Of a stretch of DNA of 64,000 bases, positions 46,122 through 55,302 are shown piece by piece. Every line of letters starts with the position of its first letter. The stretch's first letter is position 1. The DNA lies in IMG/VR virus record IMGVR_UViG_3300013132_000039, positions 12,638 through 76,637 of that record; one strand, given 5' to 3'. Source of the stretch: a virus. The notes below the pieces were generated by a model that did not search any database, was not told the DNA's origin, and saw only the letters and a program-made list of their open reading frames with translations. A program made the position numbers and the translations under genes.

Positions 46122-47681
46122 ATGGAAAAAAACCTAGAAAATATTGCTATGGAACTTTTTGGAAAATTACGAACTCAATTTCCAAGCATCAAATTACGAG
46201 ATAAAGATGAAGATCCTACTGATAGAGCAAAAGATGCTAGGTTTTTTGAATTTAACTATGTAAAAAATAATATAGACCTAGGCACAATTACAGTAAGTAT
46301 AGACGATAACCCAGGTGAAGAAAGCGACGGCTTAGTAGTAATGTATAGTCAAGATATAGTTGCTAATCAACCTGAGCCTATTAAACATAGATGGTTTCGT
46401 TTTTTAGAAAGCTTAAGTGATTTTGCAAGTAGACATTTTATGGAATATAACATTAGAGATATAACAAAAAGCAATTTAGATTCTAGACAGCAGTTATATT
46501 TGGCCAATAATCGCGGAGATGGCGCAATGAGTGAAAGTAAAAAATTATGGGGAACTTCCAGGACCAGTTTTCAGGAAATGGGAGAAGCAAAACTAATAGT
46601 AAAACATAGCAAACCTGTTAACTATGACATTCCAGCTGGTCGTGCTATGCATATTGAAAGCATCTTTGTTGAAAGCTCTGAAGGAGAACGCTTCAAATAT
46701 CCATTTAAACATTTAAACGGAGCAAGAGCTTTAGCTGTTCACGTAGCTCACGGCGGAACTAGCTATGATCCAATTGGCCAACACATAATCGGATTAAGTG
46801 AAGAATTATCTAAACTTAGAATGTTTAAAGGCTATGTAGACCGTAATGAAATGGTTAGTGAAGCAATGGGCAATATACAAGGTAAAGTCTTAGAGCGCAT
46901 TGATCAGGTCAAAAAAGAAATCCACAGTCTACAAAGTAAAAACTATTATCAATCATTTGCAGAAAGTTTTACTGCCAATGACAAGGTAGAGATCCCAGAA
47001 GATATTGTTAATGATTGGGTAGACAGATTAACTATTAGAAGCTTCAATGAAGAACTTAAAAATGTATTTCCATACATTTATAAACTAGTAGGAGAAGATT
47101 CGGGACCAGTCAAAGAGCTAACACCAGAAGATCTAATTAATGGTAATAGCACACAGGACCCTGTAAATGAAATTGAATCTGAGCTTAAAGAACTTAGTGA
47201 CTTTGAAGCATATATGCATGAACTGGCAATGACCGAAGCGGAAAAAGATGATCCACCGTTTGACCCAGATCCGCCTAAGGAAAAGAAAGATGCTGGGGAT
47301 AACGCAGAGCACGGCGGGCATAGTCGTGCCAAACACCTAGCCAAGGCAGCTATGGAAAAAGCCAAAAAAGCAGGAGCTAAAAAAGAAACTATTATCAATT
47401 TAGGCGGTCAAGATATGACACTTGGCGAAGCAGCCGCTATGGTTGGCATTGATGCAGATGAATTCTTTACAGAAAGCAAAGGTGCTCAAGAAGTAGTAGA
47501 ATTTATTAAGTCAATGTATGACGAAAATACCGGACAGTTCCCTAAAGGTGAAGAAGGTGTTAAGATTGCAGTAGAAAAAGAATTCGGTGAAGACGCAGGC
47601 CAAATTGCAGAACGGGTGATGGCTGAGTTAAATCAAGTGTTTGAAAGTAATAGAATTAGGAAATTAGCTGGTTTGATTTAA
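46122..47681 (+). CDS. Large acidic hypothetical protein, probably head-associated
   Basis: ATG 5 nt after GATAAATA; Glu-rich; ends FESNRIRKLAGLI. Confidence 0.6.
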   Translation: MEKNLENIAMELFGKLRTQFPSIKLRDKDEDPTDRAKDARFFEFNYVKNNIDLGTITVSIDDNPGEESDGLVVMYSQDIVANQPEPIKHRWFRFLESLSDFASRHFMEYNIRDITKSNLDSRQQLYLANNRGDGAMSESKKLWGTSRTSFQEMGEAKLIVKHSKPVNYDIPAGRAMHIESIFVESSEGERFKYPFKHLNGARALAVHVAHGGTSYDPIGQHIIGLSEELSKLRMFKGYVDRNEMVSEAMGNIQGKVLERIDQVKKEIHSLQSKNYYQSFAESFTANDKVEIPEDIVNDWVDRLTIRSFNEELKNVFPYIYKLVGEDSGPVKELTPEDLINGNSTQDPVNEIESELKELSDFEAYMHELAMTEAEKDDPPFDPDPPKEKKDAGDNAEHGGHSRAKHLAKAAMEKAKKAGAKKETIINLGGQDMTLGEAAAMVGIDADEFFTESKGAQEVVEFIKSMYDENTGQFPKGEEGVKIAVEKEFGEDAGQIAERVMAELNQVFESNRIRKLAGLI

Positions 47682-47704
47682 TCAAGTTTCGGCAATCTTT
47701 GAGG

Positions 47705-47770
47705 TTGCAAGACTAAATAAAAACGCATACAATAACAAGTATGCGTTTTTTGTTTAACTGGTGTTAAACA
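47705..47770 (+). promoter_or_regulatory. gp32 control region: sigma70-like promoter, nested late box and two hairpins
   Basis: TTGCAA-N17-TACAAT; TAAATA 47714-47719; 12-bp stem 47719-47750; 8-bp stem 47751-47770. Confidence 0.65.
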
Positions 47771-47809
47771 ATATAGGCAAATATAGAGGCTAACAATAGG
47801 AGAAAAATT

Positions 47810-48793
47810 ATGGCATCTTTAGCAGAAATTCGCGCGAAATTAAAAGAACAAGAAGCCCGCTCAAATGGAGAGGGTAATAGGTCAGGCGGTGATAATTCGA
47901 TTTATCCCTTCTGGAACTTAAAGGAAGGTAGTGAGTCAACAGTCCGTTTTCTTCCTGACGGAGATACCAATAACACATTTTTCTGGGTAGAACGTGCAAT
48001 GATTAAATTGCCATTTCCTGGAATTAAAGATTCTACAGAAAATAAACCAGTAGTAGTAAATGTTCCTTGTATGGAGATGTATGGAGAAACCTGCCCAATT
48101 CTTAGCGAAGTGCGTGGTTGGTTTAAAGACCCTAGTTTAGAAGATATGGGTCGTAAATATTGGAAAAAACGTAGTTATATTTTCCAAGGCTTTGTAGTTG
48201 AAGATGGATTAAAAGAAGAAAGCCGTCCTGAAAATCCAATTCGTAGACTTATTATTGGCCCTCAAATTTTCCAGCTTATCCGTGGAGCATTACTTGACCC
48301 AGAAATGGATGACTTACCTACTGATGCAGTAAATGGCGTTGACTTCAAGCTGATCAAGACCAGTAAAGGTGGTTATGCAGATTATAGCACTAGCAAATGG
48401 AGCCGCCGTAGTCGTCCATTAGGAGACAGTGAGACACAGGCATTATCTGCACACGGTCTTTTTAATCTCAAAGATTATCTACCAAAGAAACCCGGAAATG
48501 TTGAGGTACAGGTAATTAAAGAAATGTTTGAAGCTAGTGTTGACGGTGAACCTTTTGATATGGAACGCTGGAGTCAATACTTTAAACCAGCCGGTATGAG
48601 CTCCGCTACCGGTGATCCGGCTGCTCGCCCAGCCAAAGCTTCTGCACCGGCTGAAGAAGAGTACGACGATGAACCAGTTGTAGCTAAGGCTGCTCCTGCT
48701 CCTAAAGCAGAAGATTCAAAAGCGACTGCTAATGCTGGTGGTAGCAAGGCTGAAGATATTCTTGCTATGATTCGCAATCGTAAACAACAATAA
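47810..48793 (+). CDS. gp32: Single-stranded DNA-binding protein
   Basis: VRFLPD...CP...RKYWKKRSY...GPQIF...DFKL...GGYADYSTSKW; AGGAG SD. Confidence 0.88.
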   Translation: MASLAEIRAKLKEQEARSNGEGNRSGGDNSIYPFWNLKEGSESTVRFLPDGDTNNTFFWVERAMIKLPFPGIKDSTENKPVVVNVPCMEMYGETCPILSEVRGWFKDPSLEDMGRKYWKKRSYIFQGFVVEDGLKEESRPENPIRRLIIGPQIFQLIRGALLDPEMDDLPTDAVNGVDFKLIKTSKGGYADYSTSKWSRRSRPLGDSETQALSAHGLFNLKDYLPKKPGNVEVQVIKEMFEASVDGEPFDMERWSQYFKPAGMSSATGDPAARPAKASAPAEEEYDDEPVVAKAAPAPKAEDSKATANAGGSKAEDILAMIRNRKQQ

Positions 48794-48800
48794 TAACAAT

Positions 48801-48828
48801 GCTCGGGTTAACAGCCCGAGCCTTCTTC
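48801..48828 (+). terminator. Hairpin after gp32 (weak terminator or stabiliser)
   Basis: GCTCGGGTT-aac-AGCCCGAGC then CTTCTTC, a poor U tract. Confidence 0.55.
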
Positions 48829-48840
48829 ACGGAGAATATA

Positions 48841-49053
48841 ATGGCAAAATTAGTAAAAATTAATGAAAGTTTTAGTTTAAATTACAGTAGTCGCGAAGCA
48901 GACACAGGGGATACTGTAATGGATTGTAATATCAATTTTGACAATCCCAAAGATGACTCTACTATAATTCATAGATTAAACACTTGGCTATCAGCAATTG
49001 GCAGAACTGACATTGTTGTAGAACCAAAAGAGTATCCTAAAGGAATAAAGTAA
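48841..49053 (+). CDS. Hypothetical protein (70 aa)
   Basis: GGAG SD before ATG 48841; TAATG-coupled to uvsX. Confidence 0.6.
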   Translation: MAKLVKINESFSLNYSSREADTGDTVMDCNINFDNPKDDSTIIHRLNTWLSAIGRTDIVVEPKEYPKGIK

Positions 49054-50111
49054 TGGCAACAAAACCTTTTGATTTAAGTAAATTTCGTAAGACATTAACC
49101 AAGAGTATCGATGGTCTTGGTGTAGGATTTAACGATCCTACTGATTGGGTAAGCACAGGCAACTACGCCCTAAACTATTTGATTAGCGGCGACTTTAATA
49201 AAGGTATCCCATTGGGTAAAGTTACTGTGTTTGCCGGTGAAAGTGGTGCTGGTAAAAGCTACATCTGCTCAGGCAATATTATTCGACACGCACAAGAACA
49301 AGGCATCTATGTTGTATTGATTGACAGTGAAAACGCACTAGATCAATCGTGGCTAACTGCCTTAGGTGTTGATACCAACGAGAACAAACTCCTCAAACTC
49401 AATATGGCTATGATTGATGACGTAGCTAAAACTATTAACGAGTTTATGAAAGAGTTTAAGGCACTAAGCGAAACTGATAAGCCTAAAGTACTATTTGTTA
49501 TAGATAGTCTAGGTATGCTATTAACCCCAACCGACGTTAATCAGTTTGAAGCAGGAGACCTTAAAGGTGATATGGGCCGTAAGCCCAAGGCACTGACTGC
49601 ACTTGTTCGTAATTGTGTCAATATGTTTGGTAGTCATAATGTAGGGTTAGTTGCTACTAATCATACATATGCTAGCCAGGATATGTTTGACCCTGATGAT
49701 AAGATTAGTGGCGGACAAGGCTTTATCTATGCCAGCTCAATTGTAGTTGCTATGCGCAAATTAAAACTTAAAGTTGATGGGGATGGCAATAAAACTAGCC
49801 AGGTTCACGGTATTCGTGCTGCCTGTAAGATTATGAAAACACGATATGCCAAGCCTTTTGAAACTATGGAAGTTGAGATTCCTTACAAAACAGGCATGAA
49901 TCCTTGTAGTGGGCTAGTAGATTTATTTGAAAAAGAAGGACTATTAGTTCAGCAAGGGAACAGACTCAAGTTTGTTGACAGTTCAGGTAATGAACACTTA
50001 TACTACCGAAAAGAGTGGAAAGAAGATAAATTACATATGATAATGAACGACTTTCATTATCATAAAAAAACTATAACTGAACAAACTGAGGAGCCTGTAG
50101 CAAATGAATGA
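49053..50111 (+). CDS. uvsX: RecA-like recombinase UvsX
   Basis: AGESGAGKS, IDSENALD, VIDSLG, TNHTY, SGGQG; upstream of uvsY. Confidence 0.93.
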   Translation: MATKPFDLSKFRKTLTKSIDGLGVGFNDPTDWVSTGNYALNYLISGDFNKGIPLGKVTVFAGESGAGKSYICSGNIIRHAQEQGIYVVLIDSENALDQSWLTALGVDTNENKLLKLNMAMIDDVAKTINEFMKEFKALSETDKPKVLFVIDSLGMLLTPTDVNQFEAGDLKGDMGRKPKALTALVRNCVNMFGSHNVGLVATNHTYASQDMFDPDDKISGGQGFIYASSIVVAMRKLKLKVDGDGNKTSQVHGIRAACKIMKTRYAKPFETMEVEIPYKTGMNPCSGLVDLFEKEGLLVQQGNRLKFVDSSGNEHLYYRKEWKEDKLHMIMNDFHYHKKTITEQTEEPVANE

Positions 50112-50352
50112 AAATCAAATCGCCGATATCTGGATGCTGTTTAAAGAGTATGTAGATAAAAAAGTGCTTGAGGCTGTAGCTGAAAGATATATCGACTTAT
50201 TAGCTGACCACGGAATTTCAGATAAAATTTTGGAATCAGCTACTGGAATTGACGATGACTTAGATACTGCTATAGAATATTATCTAGATCAAGGCGAGGA
50301 TGAAGAAGAGGACTACGAAGAAGATAACTGGGACTACGAAGACGACGAATGA
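50104..50352 (+). CDS. Small acidic hypothetical protein
   Basis: GAGGAG SD; D/E-rich tail. Confidence 0.7.
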   Translation: MNENQIADIWMLFKEYVDKKVLEAVAERYIDLLADHGISDKILESATGIDDDLDTAIEYYLDQGEDEEEDYEEDNWDYEDDE

Positions 50353-50804
50353 ATTGGTACACAAAAATATCCAAGGATATTAGTCACATTCCTGATGCCG
50401 TGGCATATTACGAATCTGAATTACAAGCAGCACGACAAGATAGTCGTATAACGGGTAATATAGAAAAAGCTGCTGCCAATATGCCAGGCATCGTAGAACA
50501 GCGATTTGGGCAACTTCAAGAGATTGAAGCAATACTTGAATATTTAAATATAGAATTACGTCGCTTAAAAAGTAGATTTTTTCGAAAATACCTTGAAAAC
50601 TATCAACGTGCTTTGAGTAGCCGAGACTGTGAAAAGTTTGTAGACGGAGAAGATGACGTCATCGATTTCGAAAAAATTATCAATGAATTCGCTTTAATAC
50701 GAAACAAATGGTTAGGTGTAACTAAAGCACTTGATCAAAAACAATGGATGATTACTAACATTGTTAAACTCAGAGTTGCCGGTATGGAGGATGCAACTTT
50801 GTAA
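50349..50804 (+). CDS. uvsY: Recombination mediator UvsY-like
   Basis: Helical 151-aa protein, EKFVDGEDDV...KALDQKQWMITNIVKLR..G ending; synteny with uvsX. Confidence 0.75.
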   Translation: MNWYTKISKDISHIPDAVAYYESELQAARQDSRITGNIEKAAANMPGIVEQRFGQLQEIEAILEYLNIELRRLKSRFFRKYLENYQRALSSRDCEKFVDGEDDVIDFEKIINEFALIRNKWLGVTKALDQKQWMITNIVKLRVAGMEDATL

Positions 50805-50812
50805 ATACAACC

Positions 50813-51145
50813 ATGAATACGGTCGATAGGCAATGGGGGTATTGGAGAAGCTTAAGTGACTCCAAAACTTATAAAGTTAAAGAACTAGTGATAAATCCTA
50901 ATTCAAAATTAAGCTTTCAAAAGCATAATCTAAGAGATGAGCATTGGTACGTCCTTCAAGGACAATGTTCAATTCTCACGGAATTTGGAAAAGTTCAAAA
51001 TACTGTTAGTAAACATAGAAATGATTCCTACCTAATAGGTAAAAACGTTTGGCATCAAGCTATTAATAATACAGATAACTATTGCCATATATTAGTAGTT
51101 CAATTCGGTGACAGATGCGAAGAAGAGGACATTGAGCAAAGATGA
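50813..51145 (+). CDS. Cupin, mannose-6-phosphate isomerase (ManC C-terminal)-like
   Basis: RQWGYW...KVKELVINP...LSFQKH..R.EHWYVLQG...WHQ..N...EEDI. Confidence 0.8.
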   Translation: MNTVDRQWGYWRSLSDSKTYKVKELVINPNSKLSFQKHNLRDEHWYVLQGQCSILTEFGKVQNTVSKHRNDSYLIGKNVWHQAINNTDNYCHILVVQFGDRCEEEDIEQR

Positions 51146-51825
51146 TAAAACTTTTTATTGGGTATGATCAAAGAGAAATAGTTGCTTACCATGTCTGTGC
51201 TAACAGTATTATCAGGCAAGCTACTAACCCGTTATCTATTAGTCCTTTGGCATTAAATTTACTCAAAGACTATAAAGAACTACACACTGATGGTAGTAAT
51301 AACTTTATCTATAGTAGATTTTTAGTTCCATACTTAATGAGTTATAAAGGTTGGGCTATTTTTATAGACGGCGATATGATTTTAAGGGACGATATAACAA
51401 ATCTATGGAACTTAAGAAAAGAAAAATTTGCTGTACAGGTAGTCAAGCACAATTATAAAACTCGTATGCCTGTAAAATATCTAGGTGCTAAAAACGAAGA
51501 CTATCCTTGTAAAAACTGGTCAAGTGTCATTTTGTGGAACTGTAGCCATCCTAAAAATAGAGTTTTAACTCCAGAGTTTATTCAAGGATCAACTGGATCA
51601 CAGTTGCATAGGTTTACTTGGCTTGATGAAAAAGCCGATGTAGGAGAACTTCCTATTGAATGGAACTGGTTACCCGATGAGCTTGGAGAAAATCAAAGTG
51701 CTAAACTATTACATTATACTTTAGGACTGCCTAGCTTTTATGAGTTTGCTAATACACCAATGGCTAATGAATGGCATTCAGAAAAAATTCTTACAAACTA
51801 CTGTGAACAACCTAAATTAAAATGA
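51142..51825 (+). CDS. Glycosyltransferase, GT-A fold (GT8-like)
   Basis: FIGYD, SRFLVPYL, FIDGDM (DxD), KNWSSV.LWNC.H, LPIEWNWL, LLHYT.G.P. Confidence 0.8.
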   Translation: MIKLFIGYDQREIVAYHVCANSIIRQATNPLSISPLALNLLKDYKELHTDGSNNFIYSRFLVPYLMSYKGWAIFIDGDMILRDDITNLWNLRKEKFAVQVVKHNYKTRMPVKYLGAKNEDYPCKNWSSVILWNCSHPKNRVLTPEFIQGSTGSQLHRFTWLDEKADVGELPIEWNWLPDELGENQSAKLLHYTLGLPSFYEFANTPMANEWHSEKILTNYCEQPKLK

Positions 51826-52604
51826 ACGACGCAGGGTTTGAACAGTTCTTAATAACTGGATCAAAAAATTCTTTAACTATAGACCTTAATGATCTTACAA
51901 AACCTTTAGTAGTAAGAGGAGTTTCTAGCAGAAAAGCTATTGTAAAATGTAAAAATCAAAAAAGAGATTTTTACTATATGGATACAGGATATTTTGGAAA
52001 TTTTATTAGTAAAGGTAACCCACTAGGCAAGAAATTATGGCATAGAGTAGTTAAAAACGAATTACAACATACTAGCATAAGATCAGCTCCAGAAACTAGA
52101 TGGCTTGCCCTTTTAAAAGGAGATTCTAGATTACATTTTCCAGGCTGGAAAAAAGATGGAAGAAATATTCTAATCGTTGTTCCTAATAATAAATCGTGTA
52201 GATTTTATGGGCAGGAATTAAATACCTGGCTAAGTGAAACTGTAGATACTTTAAAATCGCTAAGTAATAAACCCATCATTATTAGAAAAAAACAAGGGCG
52301 TAGTCATAGATTAATTGTTGACTCTATTTACGATGCTCTTGATAAGGATATTTTTGCTACTGTTGTATATAACAGTATTGCAGCTATAGAATCTATAAAT
52401 TATGGAATACCTGCTTTTTATAGTGTACCTTGTTGTGCAGGACCTTTAGGGTTGAATGATTTAACTAAAATAGAAACTCCTTTTTACCCTGATCAAGAGT
52501 TAATATATAAACAATGTTGTAATTTGGCTCATAATCAATTTACAGAAGAAGAAATTAAAAATGGTTATGCCTGGGAAATATTAAATGAAACTTATAGTAA
52601 ATGA
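51822..52604 (+). CDS. KpsC/KpsS-like GT-B glycosyltransferase paralogue 1
   Basis: DTGYF...IIIRKK...YNSIAAIESINYGIP...QFTEEEI. Confidence 0.55.
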   Translation: MNDAGFEQFLITGSKNSLTIDLNDLTKPLVVRGVSSRKAIVKCKNQKRDFYYMDTGYFGNFISKGNPLGKKLWHRVVKNELQHTSIRSAPETRWLALLKGDSRLHFPGWKKDGRNILIVVPNNKSCRFYGQELNTWLSETVDTLKSLSNKPIIIRKKQGRSHRLIVDSIYDALDKDIFATVVYNSIAAIESINYGIPAFYSVPCCAGPLGLNDLTKIETPFYPDQELIYKQCCNLAHNQFTEEEIKNGYAWEILNETYSK

Positions 52605-53691
52605 CAGTGAACTTTTAGATTTTTTATATGATTATTATACAACTGATATGAGATCATATAAGTTTCCTAAGATTGAATTTTCCTTGATGAATTCTTATAG
52701 GACCCGGATGCGAGATACTGCACATAAAATAAGATCTGCTTACGGATTTAATAAAGAAGCAGAGTTTAAAAAAATAAAGAAAAAATGCAGAAACTATGCT
52801 GAAGCAGATGTTATAAATTGGTTACGATCAGTTAGAGAAATTATTGATACTAGAAAAGGAACCTATTACAAATTTCTTAAAAACAATCTTAACAAAGTTG
52901 TTGATAAAATTGGTAAAGAGCGAATATTTAAGGCTTATAAAAAACATAAAAAAATTAATTTTGTAAAAACTTTAGGACTAAAAATAAACAAAGAGGCAAA
53001 GTTTATCAGACGAAAAGAATATAAAAACATTAATGAATTTTGTATAATAAGAAACACTAGCCCCTCCGATACTATTATTCAAGATAAAATTCAAAACAAT
53101 TTACCTTTTTATTTTATTGACTCAGGTTACACAAATTTTATTGAAACTAATAAAAAATGGCATCGTATAGTAGTAAATGAAATACATTACGGAAAGTTTT
53201 TTGAAGCTCCAAGCACTAGATTAGATAGTTTTAAAATGTTTCCTAGGCCTTGGAGACAAGATGGACATAAGATTTTAGTAATAGAACCTGGTCCATTTCA
53301 AGCAAAAATGTTTGGAGTAGATATTAAAAAATGGAAATATAATATTGTTAAAGAAATAAGACAATACAGTGATAAACCTGTTTATTTTAGACCTAAAATT
53401 AATAAGAAAAAACGTAAACCTCTATTTTTTAAATTAATGAGCGATGATTACTATTGTATCATAAACATTAATAGTAATGCTTCTGTTGAATCGATTTGGG
53501 CAGGCATTCCAGTTATTACATTATCAAAACATATCTCTAACCCAGTAACAGCTAATAGTATCAGCCAAATTAATAATTTACCTAGGCTCAATATTGCACC
53601 TTGGCTGGCAATGTTAAGCTATAGTCAGTTTACTCGTGATGAAATTTTATCAGGCTTTGCTTTAAAAACTGTAAAAAAATATCATGTCTAA
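52585..53691 (+). CDS. KpsC/KpsS-like paralogue 2 with Lys-rich N-terminal extension
   Basis: DSGY...VYFRPK...NSNASVESIWAGIP...WLAMLSYSQFTRDEI. Confidence 0.55.
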   Translation: MKLIVNDSELLDFLYDYYTTDMRSYKFPKIEFSLMNSYRTRMRDTAHKIRSAYGFNKEAEFKKIKKKCRNYAEADVINWLRSVREIIDTRKGTYYKFLKNNLNKVVDKIGKERIFKAYKKHKKINFVKTLGLKINKEAKFIRRKEYKNINEFCIIRNTSPSDTIIQDKIQNNLPFYFIDSGYTNFIETNKKWHRIVVNEIHYGKFFEAPSTRLDSFKMFPRPWRQDGHKILVIEPGPFQAKMFGVDIKKWKYNIVKEIRQYSDKPVYFRPKINKKKRKPLFFKLMSDDYYCIININSNASVESIWAGIPVITLSKHISNPVTANSISQINNLPRLNIAPWLAMLSYSQFTRDEILSGFALKTVKKYHV

Positions 53692-54598
53692 AAAGGTTGT
53701 TTCATATCTAGCAGGGATTCCTAGCCCTAACAAAAATCTAGAAAAACCTTTAATTTTAGAGTATTTTACTGAAGGAGTAAACAGATCAAAAGATACCGGA
53801 ATCTTACATAAAGATGATAATCTTATAGAATGTGATTTAGCAGTAATTCAGGGATTTGTTCATGAACAAGGTAAATCACTTCCTCATTTAGATCTTAGAA
53901 GAAAAGTTTTAGAATTTCAAAAATTAAACAAAAAGAAAACACTGATAGTAGATAGTAATCTTTTCTTATATGTAGATAAAACTAATAAACATCACTACCT
54001 ACGCTATAGTTTTGATGGTATATTTCCTACTACTGGATATTATTTTACTAAAAACATTGATGCAAATCGTTGGCAAAAGATTAAAAATAAATTAGGAATA
54101 AATGTTAAACCTTGGAGAGAAAGCGGTAATCATATCTTGATTTGTATACAAAGAAACGGTGGTTGGAGTATGCAGGGTCTTGATGTATTGACCTGGTTAG
54201 ATACAACAATAAAAACTATACGACTTTATTCAGATAGAACTATTGTTGTAAGACTTCATCCCGGAGATAGCAAAACTAAATTTACAAATAATCATCCTAA
54301 AGTTATTTTAAGCACTAATGAAAGCTTACAGTCTGATTTAATCGGTGCCTGGGCCACTATAACTTACAACAGTAGTCCAGGTGTAGCAAGTGCTATAGAA
54401 GGTATTCCTGTATTTGTGTTAGATCCAACTTCTGCAAATAGTCAGGCTAACGATATCTCTAACACTGACATAAGTAAAATAGAATCTCCTATTCAGCCTG
54501 AACGTGATAAATGGTTAGAAAAAATTGCAATGAGTCATTGGAATTTTGAAGAACTTAGATCTGGTGAAGCATGGGAATTTATTAGGGGTGAATTATGA
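53684..54598 (+). CDS. KpsC/KpsS-like paralogue 3
   Basis: IVVRLHP...TYNSSPGVASAIEGIP...HWNFEELRSG. Confidence 0.6.
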   Translation: MSKKVVSYLAGIPSPNKNLEKPLILEYFTEGVNRSKDTGILHKDDNLIECDLAVIQGFVHEQGKSLPHLDLRRKVLEFQKLNKKKTLIVDSNLFLYVDKTNKHHYLRYSFDGIFPTTGYYFTKNIDANRWQKIKNKLGINVKPWRESGNHILICIQRNGGWSMQGLDVLTWLDTTIKTIRLYSDRTIVVRLHPGDSKTKFTNNHPKVILSTNESLQSDLIGAWATITYNSSPGVASAIEGIPVFVLDPTSANSQANDISNTDISKIESPIQPERDKWLEKIAMSHWNFEELRSGEAWEFIRGEL

Positions 54599-55302
54599 AG
54601 ATTTTAGATAATGGCTGGTATGTACCTACTGATGATCAAAAAATAACTTTTGTTCTTTCAAATGATAAAATTAAAGCTTATCCTAGCTATGAAGGTAGAT
54701 ATAGGACACAAATTATAGATTCAATACCCAATAAGAGAACTTTTATAGATGTAGGAGCTAATGTAGGCATTTGGGCGTTACCAATGAGTTTTTATTTTAA
54801 TAATGTTATAGCTTATGAACCTAGTTTACAAAATATTGAATGTTTAGAACTAAATGTTCCTAAAACTATTGATATAAGGAAAGTTGCACTAGCAGACTTT
54901 GAAGGTACAGCAGATTTCCATCAGGCTGGAAAAAATTGTGGAGATGGAAAATTATGTAGACCTGGTGCAAAAAGCAGTTATCAGGTTAAAGTTACTACTA
55001 TTGACAAAGAAAATTTAAATGATGTAGATTTGATTAAGATTGATGTACAAGGATGGGAATTAGATGTTCTAAAAGGTGCAGAGCAGACTATTAATCGTTG
55101 CAGACCTTGGATAATATTTGAAGTAAATGAAGATATCGATATTTGTTGTGCTTTTTTAGAAGAAAAAGGATATGAAACACTTTATCTTAAAAGTAAAAGG
55201 CTATTTTTATATGCTCCATTGCGTGGGTTAAATGCTGCTAGGCCAACAGACTTTGGTCGTTACTTAGGACCAGGGCCTTATTTCGATAAATTAGTTCATT
55301 AA
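54595..55302 (+). CDS. FkbM-family methyltransferase
   Basis: IDVGANVG, YEP, IKIDVQGWE..VLKGA. Confidence 0.9.
   Translation: MKILDNGWYVPTDDQKITFVLSNDKIKAYPSYEGRYRTQIIDSIPNKRTFIDVGANVGIWALPMSFYFNNVIAYEPSLQNIECLELNVPKTIDIRKVALADFEGTADFHQAGKNCGDGKLCRPGAKSSYQVKVTTIDKENLNDVDLIKIDVQGWELDVLKGAEQTINRCRPWIIFEVNEDIDICCAFLEEKGYETLYLKSKRLFLYAPLRGLNAARPTDFGRYLGPGPYFDKLVH

Noticed and set aside
50290-50350. Short direct repeat GGACTACGAAG
   Set aside because: Reflects a low-complexity acidic tail (DYEE/DYED)
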